A DNA stretch of 64,000 bases from Desulfuromonas sp. (GCF_002868845.1 NZ_PKUB01000018.1:45807-109806), one strand, 5' to 3'. Counted from the first letter of the stretch, positions 31,892 to 42,703 are shown. Notes: generated from the sequence alone by a model not told the origin. Numbers and translations are program-made.

Positions 31892-31925
31892 CCGAGCTTT
31901 AGAGGCTTTCGGCGAGGAGATAGAC

Positions 31926-32945
31926 GTGTCCAGGGAATTCAGCGTGGCCGTCGTCGGCGCCACCGGCGCGGTTGGCAACGAAATACTGCGAGTGCTCGAG
32001 GAACGCCAGTTCCCCGTGAAGGAGCTGCGCCTGCTCGCCTCCGAGCGGTCCGAGGGGACGTTTCTCGAATTCCGCGGGGAGGAGATCGTTGTCGAGGCCC
32101 TCGGCAATGATTCCTTCGGGGGAATTGATCTGGCCCTTTTCTCCGCCGGGGGGGAGCTCAGTCAGGAGTATTGCCCGGTCGCGGCGGCCGCCGGGGCGGT
32201 CTGCGTGGACAACTCCAGCGCGTGGCGCATGGACCCTGAGGTGCCGCTGGTGGTCCCGGAGGTCAATCCCGGGGAGATCGCCCGATTCCGAAACAAGGGG
32301 ATCGTCGCCAACCCCAACTGCTCCACCATCCAGATGGTGCTGCCGCTGAAGGCGCTGCACGACTTCAGCCCGGTGAAGAGGGTGGTCGTCTCGACCTACC
32401 AGGCGGTTTCGGGCAGCGGCCAGAAGGCCGTCGATGAACTGCGCATCCAGTCCGGCGAACTGCTCAACGGCCGGCCCATCGAGTGCAAGGTCTACCCCCA
32501 CCAGATCGGCTTCAACTGTCTGCCCCAGATCGACGCCTTCCTCGACAACGGCTACACGAAGGAAGAGATGAAGATGGTCAACGAGACCAGGAAGATCCTG
32601 GGGGACGATGGCATCAGGGTCACGGCGACGGCGGTGCGGGTGCCGGTCTTCTACGGTCACAGCGAGTCGGTGAACGTGGAGACGACAGGGAAGATCACCG
32701 CAGTCAAGGCCCGTGAACTGTTCGCCGCCTTCCCCAGCCTGGAGGTTCTCGACGACGCGGCGAAAGGCGTCTACCCCATGCCGGTCGCTTCCGCCGGGGA
32801 GGACCTCACCTACGTGGGGCGCATCCGCGAGGACGAGTCCGTGGACAACGGTCTCAATCTCTGGGTCGTGGCCGACAACGTCCGCAAGGGGGCGGCGACC
32901 AACGCCGTGCAGATCGCCGAAATCCTCGCGGAGAAGTACCTGTAG
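31926..32945 (+). CDS. asd: aspartate-semialdehyde dehydrogenase, short type (~339 aa)
   Basis: GTG start. VAVVGATGAVG....VL.ER.FPV.ELRLLAS.RS.G......G.E..V.........D.ALFSAG...S......A...GA.VDNSSA.RMDP.VPLVVPEVN....IVANPNCSTIQMV, with the active-site Cys in NPNCST. Confidence 0.88.
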   Translation: MSREFSVAVVGATGAVGNEILRVLEERQFPVKELRLLASERSEGTFLEFRGEEIVVEALGNDSFGGIDLALFSAGGELSQEYCPVAAAAGAVCVDNSSAWRMDPEVPLVVPEVNPGEIARFRNKGIVANPNCSTIQMVLPLKALHDFSPVKRVVVSTYQAVSGSGQKAVDELRIQSGELLNGRPIECKVYPHQIGFNCLPQIDAFLDNGYTKEEMKMVNETRKILGDDGIRVTATAVRVPVFYGHSESVNVETTGKITAVKARELFAAFPSLEVLDDAAKGVYPMPVASAGEDLTYVGRIREDESVDNGLNLWVVADNVRKGAATNAVQIAEILAEKYL

Positions 32946-33010
32946 CCTTGCCGGATAATACCGAACGATTGCGGGAAGGGGGCTCTGCCCCCTTTTTGCG
33001 CATATAAGCC

Positions 33011-33805
33011 ATGGCGGTATTGGAACATCTCACCCTTGGGCGCTACCTCGACGGGGACTCTCTCCTCCACCGGCTCGATCCGAGGATCAAGCTCGCGGGA
33101 GTGCCCCTGCTGGTGGTGGCCTCCTTCTCGGGGACAAGCTTCTCCCGCGTGGCCGTTCTGGCCGTCCTGGCGTTCGCCTGTTTGCTCGCTTCGGGCATCG
33201 GCTGGCGGGTCTGGGGGCGGGGGCTGTGGGTCTTTCGCTGGCTCTTTCTCTTCACCCTCCTGCTCCACCTGCTGCTGTCTCCCGGCCATACCCTGTTCGG
33301 AACCGCCTGGCTCTCCAGGGACGGCCTGCTGAGGGGGCTGCTGGTCTGCGCCCAGCTTGGTCTGACCGTGGTGTTCGCCTCTCTGCTGACCCTGACGACG
33401 ACGCCCCGGGAGCTGGCCGCCTCCTTCGCGGCCCTTCTCGCGCCGTTGCGGCGGATCGGTTTTCCCCTTCAGGAGGCCACGAGACTCCTTCTGCTGGTCC
33501 TTCAGTTTATTCCCATTCTTCGGGACGAGGCCCTCAGGGTCGCCGAGGAGGGGCGGGCCGCCGGTCTCGACCCGGGGGGCGCGACCCTCGTCGGGCGTGG
33601 ACGTTTTGCCGGGCGACTCGTCGCGCCCCTGGTGCTCGGCCTTGTGGACCATGCCGATGCCCTGGCTCGCGCCGAAGCGGCGGGGGAGAATGTCGGGGGC
33701 GAGTTGCCCCGGCTGCGGGCGGTGGGCGAATTGAAGCTCTTTGAATGGCTCTTTTTGATTGCCGTCGGCTTCGGCCTGGCGGCCCTATGGACGATGCTCC
33801 CATGA
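33011..33805 (+). CDS. ecfT: energy-coupling factor (ECF) transporter transmembrane T component (CbiQ/EcfT family)
   Basis: S.LHRLDPR.KL is followed by multiple TM helices and the conserved R...A...RG-type loop (ILRDEALRVAEEGRAAG). It is translationally coupled to truA through an ATGA overlap. Confidence 0.7.
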   Translation: MAVLEHLTLGRYLDGDSLLHRLDPRIKLAGVPLLVVASFSGTSFSRVAVLAVLAFACLLASGIGWRVWGRGLWVFRWLFLFTLLLHLLLSPGHTLFGTAWLSRDGLLRGLLVCAQLGLTVVFASLLTLTTTPRELAASFAALLAPLRRIGFPLQEATRLLLLVLQFIPILRDEALRVAEEGRAAGLDPGGATLVGRGRFAGRLVAPLVLGLVDHADALARAEAAGENVGGELPRLRAVGELKLFEWLFLIAVGFGLAALWTMLP

Positions 33806-34557
33806 CAACTGTTCGCCTGACCTTGGAATACGACGGGACGGCCTACGCCGGCTGGCAAATCCAGCCCAACGGGCTCTCTGTTCAGCAGGTGGTGGAGGAT
33901 GCCCTGGCCCGGGTGGTCGGGGAGCCGGTGCGTCTGCACTCCTCCGGCCGTACCGACGCCGGGGTGCATGCTCTGGGCATGGTAGCCCACTTCCAGACCG
34001 AGAGGGCACTTCCGTTGTCCGCCTATCGCGAAGGGGTGAACCGTTTCCTGCCCCGGGATGTGGCGGTGACCGAGGCCGCCATCGCCCCCGAAGGGTTCCA
34101 TGCCCGCTTTTCAGCCCGGGGCAAGTGGTATCGTTATATCATTTACCAGGGACCTGTCCGGTCCCCGCTGCGGGAACGGACCAGTTGGCACATCCGCTCC
34201 GCCCTCGACGTGGCTGCCATGGCCCTGGGGGCCAGGTCTATGGTCGGTCGCCACGACTTTGCCGCCTTCCGATCATCATCATGCGAGGCTCGCACCTCGA
34301 TTCGGGAGATCTTTTCCCTGGAGATCCTCCCCCATGGCGACCTCCTCTTCGTCGATGTGAAAGGTTCAGGATTCCTGAAGAACATGGTACGGATCATGGT
34401 CGGAACCTTGGTGGAGATCGGAATGGGGAAGCGCTCTGTCCGCGATGTGGAGACATTGCTGCGGGAGGGACGGCGGGAGGGGGCCGGCTGCACCGCCCCG
34501 GCCCAGGGGCTGTGCCTGAAGGAGGTATGGTACGAGACGCCCGGTATCGAGGGTTGA
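33802..34557 (+). CDS. truA: tRNA pseudouridine(38-40) synthase
   Basis: MTTVRLTLEYDGTAYAGWQIQPN..SVQ..VE.AL.......V....SGRTDAGVHA.G...HF. The start is ATG 33802, since the track start at 33745 lies inside ecfT. Confidence 0.92.
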   Translation: MTTVRLTLEYDGTAYAGWQIQPNGLSVQQVVEDALARVVGEPVRLHSSGRTDAGVHALGMVAHFQTERALPLSAYREGVNRFLPRDVAVTEAAIAPEGFHARFSARGKWYRYIIYQGPVRSPLRERTSWHIRSALDVAAMALGARSMVGRHDFAAFRSSSCEARTSIREIFSLEILPHGDLLFVDVKGSGFLKNMVRIMVGTLVEIGMGKRSVRDVETLLREGRREGAGCTAPAQGLCLKEVWYETPGIEG

Positions 34558-34618
34558 AAATTGCCGCGCAGGTTCTATAGTTCCCCTGCGGTATAATCCG
34601 AAACCGGAGGAGGGAGTC

Positions 34619-35080
34619 ATGAGACCTTTCAAAGTGCTGGTGCCCATCGATCTTTCCCCGTCAAGCCTGCAAATCCTGGACTTCGCCCTGTCCCGGGAGA
34701 GGTTGGGCGGAGCCGAATTTACCCTGCTCTACGTGGTGCCGAGCGGTGAGGTGGAGACCTTCGCATCCCTCGGTGGGGGACCGGAGGAGGGGTTTTCGAA
34801 AATCCGTAAGGAGGCCCTGGTACGCCTTGAAAAGGAGGCGCGGAACCGCTCGGGAGGGGAAGGCGCGCCCGATATCGTGTGCCGGGTCTCCGCCGGCGTG
34901 CCCTTTCGGGAGATCTGCCGTTTGGCCGAGGATGAGTCATTCGACCTTATTGTCCTCGGGACCCACGGTCGCACCGGTCTTCCCCATCTTCTGCTCGGAA
35001 GCAATGCCGAAAGGGTGGTTCAACATGCATCCTGTCCGGTTTTGAGCGTGACCCCCCGGGTCCTGCGCGGGGAAGATTGA
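34619..35080 (+). CDS. universal stress protein (UspA family)
   Basis: FKVLVPIDLS..S..............L.LLYVV...DLIVLGTHGRTGL.HLLLGSNAERVV..A.CPVL.V. Confidence 0.85.
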   Translation: MRPFKVLVPIDLSPSSLQILDFALSRERLGGAEFTLLYVVPSGEVETFASLGGGPEEGFSKIRKEALVRLEKEARNRSGGEGAPDIVCRVSAGVPFREICRLAEDESFDLIVLGTHGRTGLPHLLLGSNAERVVQHASCPVLSVTPRVLRGED

Positions 35081-35119
35081 CGATCGTTAGATCCTGTGCC
35101 GTCAGTCCGGAAAAAACTC

Positions 35120-35148
35120 TTGACATGGCAAAACCTTTTCGATACATT
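35120..35148 (+). promoter_or_regulatory. sigma70 promoter candidate for rplM-rpsI
   Basis: TTGACA (35120-35125), 17-nt spacer, TACATT (35143-35148). Confidence 0.6.
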
Positions 35149-35203
35149 CACGGCTTCTGTGAGCCCCGATACCCATTCACAGATCGGCTGAGAGAGGAAA
35201 TTC

Positions 35204-35632
35204 ATGAGTACCCAAGTAGCTAAAGAAGCAGACGTTAAACGGAATTGGTTCGTTGTCGACCTGGAGGACAAGGTCCTCGGCAGGGCCGCGACGGAAATTG
35301 CTCGCATTCTGCGAGGCAAGCACAAGCCTATTTATACCCCGAGTGTGGACACCGGTGATTTCGTCGTCGTTGTCAATGCCGACAAGGTTAAGTTGACCGG
35401 GAAAAAGATGGCGGACAAGATGTACTACCGTCATTCCGGTTACCCTGGGGGGATAAAAGGCGTCAATGCCGAGAAACTCCAACAGGCAAAGCCTGAGGAG
35501 TTGATCAAGAAGGCGGTTAAGGGAATGCTGCCCAAGAACAAGTTGGGACGGCAGATGTTCAAGAAGCTCAAGGTTTACACAGGCGGCGAACATCCCCATT
35601 CCGCCCAGCAGCCCAAAGAAAAGACCCTTTAG
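35204..35632 (+). CDS. rplM: 50S ribosomal protein L13
   Basis: [49 protein letters not shown]...[11 protein letters not shown]. Confidence 0.97.
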   Translation: MSTQVAKEADVKRNWFVVDLEDKVLGRAATEIARILRGKHKPIYTPSVDTGDFVVVVNADKVKLTGKKMADKMYYRHSGYPGGIKGVNAEKLQQAKPEELIKKAVKGMLPKNKLGRQMFKKLKVYTGGEHPHSAQQPKEKTL

Positions 35633-35651
35633 GGGGAACGAGGAGATATAA

Positions 35652-36044
35652 ATGGCTGAGGAAAAGTTCTACGCCACTGGAAAGAAAAAGACCTCTGTTG
35701 CCCGCGTCTGGATGCGTCCGGGAACCGGTAGCATCATCATCAACAAGCGTCCGCTCGACGAGTTCTTCGGCCGGGAAACGTCCAAGATGGTGGTCAACCA
35801 GCCCCTGGAACTGACCGACAACGTCGGCAAGTTCGACGTCTCCGTCAACGTTCAGGGCGGCGGCCCCTCGGGTCAGGCCGGTGCGATCAAGCACGGCATC
35901 ACCAAGGCCCTGCTCGAGGCCGACCCCGAATTGCGCGCGGTTCTTAAGAAGGCCGGGTTCATTACCCGCGACAGCCGCATCAAGGAACGTAAGAAGTACG
36001 GTCGCCGCGGTGCCCGCCGCAGCTTCCAGTTCTCCAAGCGTTAA
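35652..36044 (+). CDS. rpsI: 30S ribosomal protein S9
   Basis: [21 protein letters not shown]......VQGGG.SGQAGAI.HGI..AL......R..LKKAGF.TRD.R..ERKKYG...ARR.FQFSKR. Confidence 0.97.
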   Translation: MAEEKFYATGKKKTSVARVWMRPGTGSIIINKRPLDEFFGRETSKMVVNQPLELTDNVGKFDVSVNVQGGGPSGQAGAIKHGITKALLEADPELRAVLKKAGFITRDSRIKERKKYGRRGARRSFQFSKR

Positions 36045-36083
36045 TCGGTTCGAAATGCCGGTTTCCGGCATTGCACTTTACGA

Positions 36084-36120
36084 GAAAAGGGAAACCCGAG
36101 GGTTTCCCTTTTCGTTTTTT
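36084..36120 (+). terminator. intrinsic terminator after rpsI
   Basis: 13-bp stem GAAAAGGGAAACC / GGTTTCCCTTTTC with loop CGAG, then GTTTTTT. Confidence 0.85.
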
Positions 36121-36131
36121 GGGAGGTTGCC

Positions 36132-37169
36132 ATGGTTAAAGTCGCTGTTGTCGGGGCGAGTGGCTACACGGGGGTTGAGCTCGTGCGCCTGCTCTGTGAC
36201 CATCCCGCGGTGGAGTTGGCCTGCGTCACCTCGCGGCAACACGCCGGGGAGGAGATCGCCGCGGTTTTCCCCAGCCTGCGCGATCGGGCCGAACTGGTCT
36301 GCGAGCCGGTTTCAACTGAGGAGATCGCCGACCGGGCCGATTTCGTATTTACCGCTCTGCCCCACAAGACCGCCATGGAGGTCGTCCCTGACTTGTTGGC
36401 CGCCGGCAAGAAGGTCGTCGACCTTTCGGCGGACTATCGCTTGAAGGACCGCTCGCTCTACGAAGCCTGGTATCAGGTTCACAGCAGCCCCCACCTGCTG
36501 GAAGAAGCGGTGTACGGCCTTCCGGAACTCTACAGGGAGAAGATCGGGGCTGCCCGCCTTGTGGCGAACCCCGGTTGTTATCCTACCAGCGTCGCCCTGG
36601 GGCTGGCGCCTCTGCTCCTGGGAAAACGCATCGTCCTCGACAGCCTTGTCATCGACAGCAAATCGGGTGCCAGCGGAGCGGGGCGGGGCGCTAAGACGGG
36701 GAGCTTGTTCTGCGAGGTCAACGAGGGATTTAAGGCCTACGGGGTCGCCGCGCATCGGCACACGCCGGAAATCGAACAGACCCTGGGGGAGCTCGCCGGC
36801 CGTGATGTGACGGTCACCTTCACCCCCCACCTGCTTCCGGTCAATCGTGGCATTCTCTCCACCTGCTACGCGACTCTCAGCGCACCGGCGCAGACCGCGG
36901 ACCTCGTGGAACTGTACCAGGACCACTATCGCGGCGAGCCTTTCGTTCGCGTGCATCCGGTGGGGAGTCTGCCTAATGTGGCCTTTGTCAAAGGGGGGAA
37001 CTACTGCGACGTCGGGGTGGTGAGCGACCCCCGGACCGGAAGGGCGATTGTGGTGTCCGCCATCGATAACCTGGTCAAGGGCGCTGCCGGCCAGGCGGTG
37101 CAGAACATGAACCTCATGCTTGGCATCGAGGAGGATACCGGTTTGACCGCTGTCCCTCTTTTCCCCTAG
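36132..37169 (+). CDS. argC: N-acetyl-gamma-glutamyl-phosphate reductase
   Basis: [20 protein letters not shown]...........G........[13 protein letters not shown].....IDSKSG.SGAGR. Confidence 0.93.
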   Translation: MVKVAVVGASGYTGVELVRLLCDHPAVELACVTSRQHAGEEIAAVFPSLRDRAELVCEPVSTEEIADRADFVFTALPHKTAMEVVPDLLAAGKKVVDLSADYRLKDRSLYEAWYQVHSSPHLLEEAVYGLPELYREKIGAARLVANPGCYPTSVALGLAPLLLGKRIVLDSLVIDSKSGASGAGRGAKTGSLFCEVNEGFKAYGVAAHRHTPEIEQTLGELAGRDVTVTFTPHLLPVNRGILSTCYATLSAPAQTADLVELYQDHYRGEPFVRVHPVGSLPNVAFVKGGNYCDVGVVSDPRTGRAIVVSAIDNLVKGAAGQAVQNMNLMLGIEEDTGLTAVPLFP

Positions 37170-37316
37170 AACTGCCGGACGGGCGAGTACGAACTCGTGT
37201 CGTGAAGGGCCGAGACATGGAATGCGGCGCGGGTCGCCCCCTTTAGGGCTGCACCCGCACCCGGTTCGCTTGTACAAACCGGGCAAGCATGGGTCCAAAA
37301 TATTTGGTTTTTCTCT

Positions 37317-37352
37317 CCGGGCAAGGTCGAAAGGCTTGGCCCGGTTTTTTTT
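37317..37352 (+). terminator. intrinsic terminator candidate downstream of argC
   Basis: CCGGGC-AAG ... CTT-G-GCCCGG stem (one bulge) followed by T8 at 37345-37352. Confidence 0.5.
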
Positions 37353-37494
37353 CCGATACCCGGCCTTGCCTCTCATTAAGCGAAGGGGCGGAGGGCCGTG
37401 TCTTCGCCTTTCGGCCCGCTTCGATGTGGCAATCCCGGACGAATCTGTCCGGGGACGGGTGGGTGGGGGAGGCTGCGAGCGCGTCGGGAGGGGA

Positions 37495-39546
37495 TCAGGC
37501 GTGGGGACTCGTCTTCGGCATGCCTGTGTCCCGGAAGAGGTCGATGAAGGACTTGGCCACCCTGGGGTCAAACTGTGCCCAGGCTTGGCTCTCGATCTCA
37601 AGGAGGGCGGTTTGGTGGGAGAGGGCGCTGCGATAGGGGCGGTCGGAGGTCATGGCGTCATAGGTGTCGGCCACGGCGAGAATGCGCGCCTCGATGAGCA
37701 ACTCTTCCCCCCGGAGGCCGTAGGGATAGCCGGCGCCGTCGTAACGTTCGTGATGTTGGGCGATGATATCCCGAACTCCGTCCAGGAACTCGATCGGCTC
37801 CAGGATGCGGACCCCGATGACCGGGTGCTGCTGCAACAGGCCAACGTCTTCCTCGGAGAGAACGCCCTTTTTATGTAGCAGTTCTATGGCGATGCCGATC
37901 TTACCGACGTCGTGGAGAATGGCGGCTTGTTCCAGGCGGCGCAGGGCGGCCTGCCGCATGCCGAGGTGACGGGCGAGGGCGAGGCTGTAGCGGGTGACCC
38001 GTTCGGAGTGGCCGCTGGTGTAGGCGTCGCTCGCCTCGATGGCCGAAACGAGGGCCTGTACTGTGTTCAGGTATGTGTTCTGCTGTTCCCGGTAGAGACG
38101 GACGTTGTAAATGGCCACGCTGGCCTGGTTGGAAATGGTCGAAAGAAGGTCCAGGTCCTCGTTGGTGAAGGAAGACATGTCCGTCTTGTTGGTGATGGTG
38201 ATGGTGCCGATCACCTCAGCCTTGATGACCAGGGGCGCACAGATGACTGTTTCGTTGGTGAAGCCGAAGGGGCCGTCAGCGGCGTCCTGGAGTTGGTCGT
38301 CGCTGGTGATCAGCAAGGGCTTCCGGTCCTCGATCACCCGGTGGGATATGTTGACAGCCCTCGGAGGGAGATGGGCTCCGGGGTTTTGCCTCTCGGGCAG
38401 GCCGACGGCGTTGACGAGGCGGAGTTCTTTCGGGTTTTGGCCCAACAGAAGGATATAGCCAGCTTGGGCCTGGAGGGTTTCCAGGGTTTTTTTGATCAGG
38501 AGGGGGAAGAGGGTTTCCAACTCCCGGGCCGAGTTAATGGTCAAACCCATCTCGTTGAGGGCCGACAAGCGGGTGACCGCCTGTCGAAGGGTGGTGTTTT
38601 TGGCCTCCAGGTCTCCGGCCAGGTCGGCGATCTTGAGGTTGGCGCTCTCGATCTCCTCGATTCGGCTCTCGAGGGTGGTATTAAGATATTCGATCTCCCG
38701 GAGGCGCTCTTCCAGGGTGAGGTTCATGTTGTGGATCTCTTCGTGGTAGGCGAGCTTCTCCTGGGAGACGGTGATTTCCTTTTCCTGGCGGAGCTTGGTC
38801 TCGATAAGGCTCTTGAGGCGGTCCACCATCTGGTTGAATTTTGAGGAGAGGAGGGACATCTCTGCGGAGCTGTCAATGGCCGTGGTCGCATGCTCGAAAT
38901 CCCCCTGTTCCAGATGCTGCATTCCCGCCACCAGTTTGCGGATGGGAAGGTCCACGTAGACGAGGATGAACAGCGTGATGGAGAGCATCAGAACCAGGAG
39001 CATGACGGCTGAGGATGTCAGCGCTGCCGAGCGGCTTTCGTCCCGCAGGGGATCGAGGGCGCTCATAGAGAGGTGCATATTGAGAACGCCGAGCACCTGG
39101 CGGGCAGGTTCGTGACAGCTGTGGCACGCCTGCGTGTTGTGGATGGGAAGCAGGGTGACGTGGTATTCCTTTCCCATGATCTTTTTGGAGATAAAGGGTT
39201 TTCCGGATCGGAACCCGAGGAATTCAGCCGTCGGCACGGAGTCGCCGATCTCTTCCGGTTGCGCGGAGATGAGGATCCGGCCGGTCTCATCGAAGATGCG
39301 CACAGTTTCGAAAGCCGGTTCTTTGTGGATTTTCTCCAGGATCGTGGGCACCTCTATGCTCTGTCCGTTGGTCATGTGGGCGATGATGACATTGCGGACG
39401 GTCTCCCCCAGGAGTTGGGAGTCCTGGGTGATGACCTGGGAGAGGGCGGATTTTTGGCTATGAAGGTTTTGCCACGCGGAAAGGCCGAGGGTGAGGACGA
39501 GGAGGACTGCGGTCAGACCCAGGATTTTGATTTTGAGCGAATTCAT
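37495..39546 (-). CDS. membrane sensor HD-GYP phosphodiesterase (TM - periplasmic CXXCH domain - TM - HAMP - coiled coil - GAF - HD-GYP)
   Basis: N-terminal TM (LGLTAVLLVLTLGLSA). The periplasmic segment contains ACHSCH. A second TM (AVMLLVLMLSITLFILVYV) is followed by a HAMP-like region (PIRKLVAGMQHLEQGDF), a long heptad region, a GAF-like region, and HD-GYP motifs (HDVGKIGI ... HHERYDGAGYPYGL). Confidence 0.85.
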   Translation of the reverse strand: MNSLKIKILGLTAVLLVLTLGLSAWQNLHSQKSALSQVITQDSQLLGETVRNVIIAHMTNGQSIEVPTILEKIHKEPAFETVRIFDETGRILISAQPEEIGDSVPTAEFLGFRSGKPFISKKIMGKEYHVTLLPIHNTQACHSCHEPARQVLGVLNMHLSMSALDPLRDESRSAALTSSAVMLLVLMLSITLFILVYVDLPIRKLVAGMQHLEQGDFEHATTAIDSSAEMSLLSSKFNQMVDRLKSLIETKLRQEKEITVSQEKLAYHEEIHNMNLTLEERLREIEYLNTTLESRIEEIESANLKIADLAGDLEAKNTTLRQAVTRLSALNEMGLTINSARELETLFPLLIKKTLETLQAQAGYILLLGQNPKELRLVNAVGLPERQNPGAHLPPRAVNISHRVIEDRKPLLITSDDQLQDAADGPFGFTNETVICAPLVIKAEVIGTITITNKTDMSSFTNEDLDLLSTISNQASVAIYNVRLYREQQNTYLNTVQALVSAIEASDAYTSGHSERVTRYSLALARHLGMRQAALRRLEQAAILHDVGKIGIAIELLHKKGVLSEEDVGLLQQHPVIGVRILEPIEFLDGVRDIIAQHHERYDGAGYPYGLRGEELLIEARILAVADTYDAMTSDRPYRSALSHQTALLEIESQAWAQFDPRVAKSFIDLFRDTGMPKTSPHA

Positions 39547-39798
39547 TCATGCCCTGAGTTCAGTATTAGCGGAGACATCGAGTAATTTAGCTGTCTGCGG
39601 GCCGGGGTGTCAATGGAAATGAGCCCATCCTGTTATCCCTCAAGGCAACTCCTCACCCTTGGAACGGAGGGCAAAAGCTATACCTTCGGGGACGCTTTCA
39701 AGGCTGTTCCTTCGGCTTGACAGTCCCCTGGGTAGGGTTTAAGATGCGCTCCTCTTTGCCCTCGTTGACGGGGCGCGCCTGGGGTATCCAAAAAGCCT

Positions 39799-39984
39799 AT
39801 GGAATTTTTTCTGACAGTTATCGGGGTGGTTATGATTGTCGAGGGGGTCCCCTGGTTCCTCTCCCCTCGGGGAGTCAAAAGGCTTTTGCTTCAGGCGGCG
39901 ACCACCCCGGAGTATGTCCTTCGTTTTTTGGGTCTTTCTCTCATGCTGGCGGGCCTTTTTCTGGTCTACCTGACTATCGGCTAG
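39799..39984 (+). CDS. DUF2065 (YjeT-like) small membrane protein
   Basis: 61 aa with two TM segments. The pattern ..V..V..VEG...FL.P...K.......P...LR..G...M..G..L is similar to E. coli YjeT as I recall it. Confidence 0.6.
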   Translation: MEFFLTVIGVVMIVEGVPWFLSPRGVKRLLLQAATTPEYVLRFLGLSLMLAGLFLVYLTIG

Positions 39985-40058
39985 GTTGCCGAAAATAATT
40001 GACTTTCCCCCCCATATGTGGTTGTGTTAGACCCTGTGTTTCGGGGGAGGAAAGGTCG

Positions 40059-41105
40059 ATGGACGTATCCGCCATGCGACTTGATGACTTCCATTTCGAA
40101 CTTCCCGAAGAACAAATCGCCCAGACACCTCCACCGTCCCGCGAGGACGCCCGGCTGATGACCCTGTCTCGCCGGGGAGGGGCGATCCGGACGGGAGATT
40201 TTCCCGAGATTCTCGACCTTTTCGTCGAAGGCGATGTCCTAGTCGTTAACGATACACGGGTCATCCCGGCCCGGCTCCTGGGGAACAAGGAGTCCGGAGG
40301 GAAAATCGAGGTTTTTCTGGTGCGTCGGCTGGTCGGCGAGGAGGAAACCTGGGCCTGTCTGACCAAGAGTTCCAAGCCGCCCCGGACTGGATCCCGCCTG
40401 ATCCTCGGCGGTGGCATCGAAGGGACTATGGTGGTTGGGGGGGACGCGCCCTTCAGGCACATCCGGTTTGACTGCGAGGGCGAATTTCACGCCGCGCTGG
40501 AGCAGGTCGGGCGAATTCCGCTTCCCCCCTATATCCGGAGGGAAGACGGCCCCCTTGACCGGGACCGTTACCAGACGGTCTTCGCAAGGGCCAAGGGCGC
40601 TGTGGCCGCCCCCACCGCGGGACTGCACTTCACCCCGTCCATTCTCGAAGCCCTGCGGAAGCGGGGAGTGGAAATCGTTTCCCTGACCCTGCACGTGGGG
40701 CTGGGCACTTTTCTTCCCGTCAGGGTGGATAACACTCGGGAGCACCGGATGCACGAGGAGACCTACCACCTGCCCCGGGCCACCGCGGAGGCGGTGAACC
40801 TGGCCAAGGAGGAGGGACGACGAGTCTTTGCGCTCGGCACAACGGCGACCCGGACCCTCGAACATGCTGTGGACGGAAGCGGACGTCTGGTTCCAGGAAG
40901 CGGCACCACCGATATCTTTATCTATCCCGGGTTCAACTTCCGGATCGTTGACGCGCTGATCACAAATTTTCACCTGCCTCGTTCTACGCTGCTGATGCTG
41001 GTATCCGCCTTTGCGGGCAGAGAACTGATCCTGGAGGGGTACCGCAGGGCCGTGGAGGAGGGGTTTCGGTTCTTCAGTTACGGCGACTGCATGGTGATTC
41101 TCTGA
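40059..41105 (+). CDS. queA: S-adenosylmethionine:tRNA ribosyltransferase-isomerase
   Basis: L.DF.F.LPEE.IAQ.P...R..ARL.......DVLV.NDTRVIPARL.G.K.SGGK.E....LPPYI.R......DR.RYQTV.A...GAVAAPTAGLHFT. ATG 40059 is preceded by GGGGGAGGAAAGG. Confidence 0.92.
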   Translation: MDVSAMRLDDFHFELPEEQIAQTPPPSREDARLMTLSRRGGAIRTGDFPEILDLFVEGDVLVVNDTRVIPARLLGNKESGGKIEVFLVRRLVGEEETWACLTKSSKPPRTGSRLILGGGIEGTMVVGGDAPFRHIRFDCEGEFHAALEQVGRIPLPPYIRREDGPLDRDRYQTVFARAKGAVAAPTAGLHFTPSILEALRKRGVEIVSLTLHVGLGTFLPVRVDNTREHRMHEETYHLPRATAEAVNLAKEEGRRVFALGTTATRTLEHAVDGSGRLVPGSGTTDIFIYPGFNFRIVDALITNFHLPRSTLLMLVSAFAGRELILEGYRRAVEEGFRFFSYGDCMVIL

Positions 41106-41135
41106 TTGCCACGGGCGTGCGTTTCACCACGATGA

Positions 41136-42305
<1,170 letters not shown>

Positions 42306-42385
42306 CGCGGAATCACAGGAAACTTCAGTCGGCCGACTTTTCGGCCGGTCATTTTGATCCAAACCATTCAAGGAGGTAACGTCTC

Positions 42386-42703
42386 ATGGTTTCAGAAGCC
42401 TACGCCATGGCGAATAACGCCGCCGCTCAGCAGGGGGGTCGTCCCGGTTACGAGGGGATCATCATGCTGGTCATCATGTTCGCTATTTTCTATTTCCTGC
42501 TTATCCGTCCCCAGCAGAAGAGGGCCAAGCAGCACAAGCAGCTCGTCGAATCACTCAAGGTCGGCGATCAGGTGGTGACCGCCGGTGGGGTCCACGGCAA
42601 GGTGGCGGCCGTTCAGGAGACGGTCGTGACTCTGGAGGTGGCGACCGGGGTGAAAATCAAGGTCAACCGCTCATCCGTGGTGGGCGCCAAGCAGGAGCAG
42701 TAA
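42386..42703 (+). CDS. yajC: preprotein translocase subunit YajC
   Basis: A single TM is followed by FYFLLIRPQQKR.K.H..L...LK.GD.VVT.GG..GKV. Confidence 0.9.
   Translation: MVSEAYAMANNAAAQQGGRPGYEGIIMLVIMFAIFYFLLIRPQQKRAKQHKQLVESLKVGDQVVTAGGVHGKVAAVQETVVTLEVATGVKIKVNRSSVVGAKQEQ

Noticed and set aside
33745-33801. Longer truA start (track ORF from 33745) and the alternative-frame ORF 33759..34580
   Set aside because: The extension lies inside ecfT. The conserved TruA N-terminus (VRLTLEYDGT.Y.GWQ) starts right after ATG 33802, which forms an ATGA junction with the ecfT stop.
37222-37878. 218-aa + ORF and neighbouring + ORFs across 37222..39585
   Set aside because: They lie antisense to or overlap the well-supported HD-GYP gene, or fall in the argC 3' intergenic region containing a terminator. 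No motifs were seen.
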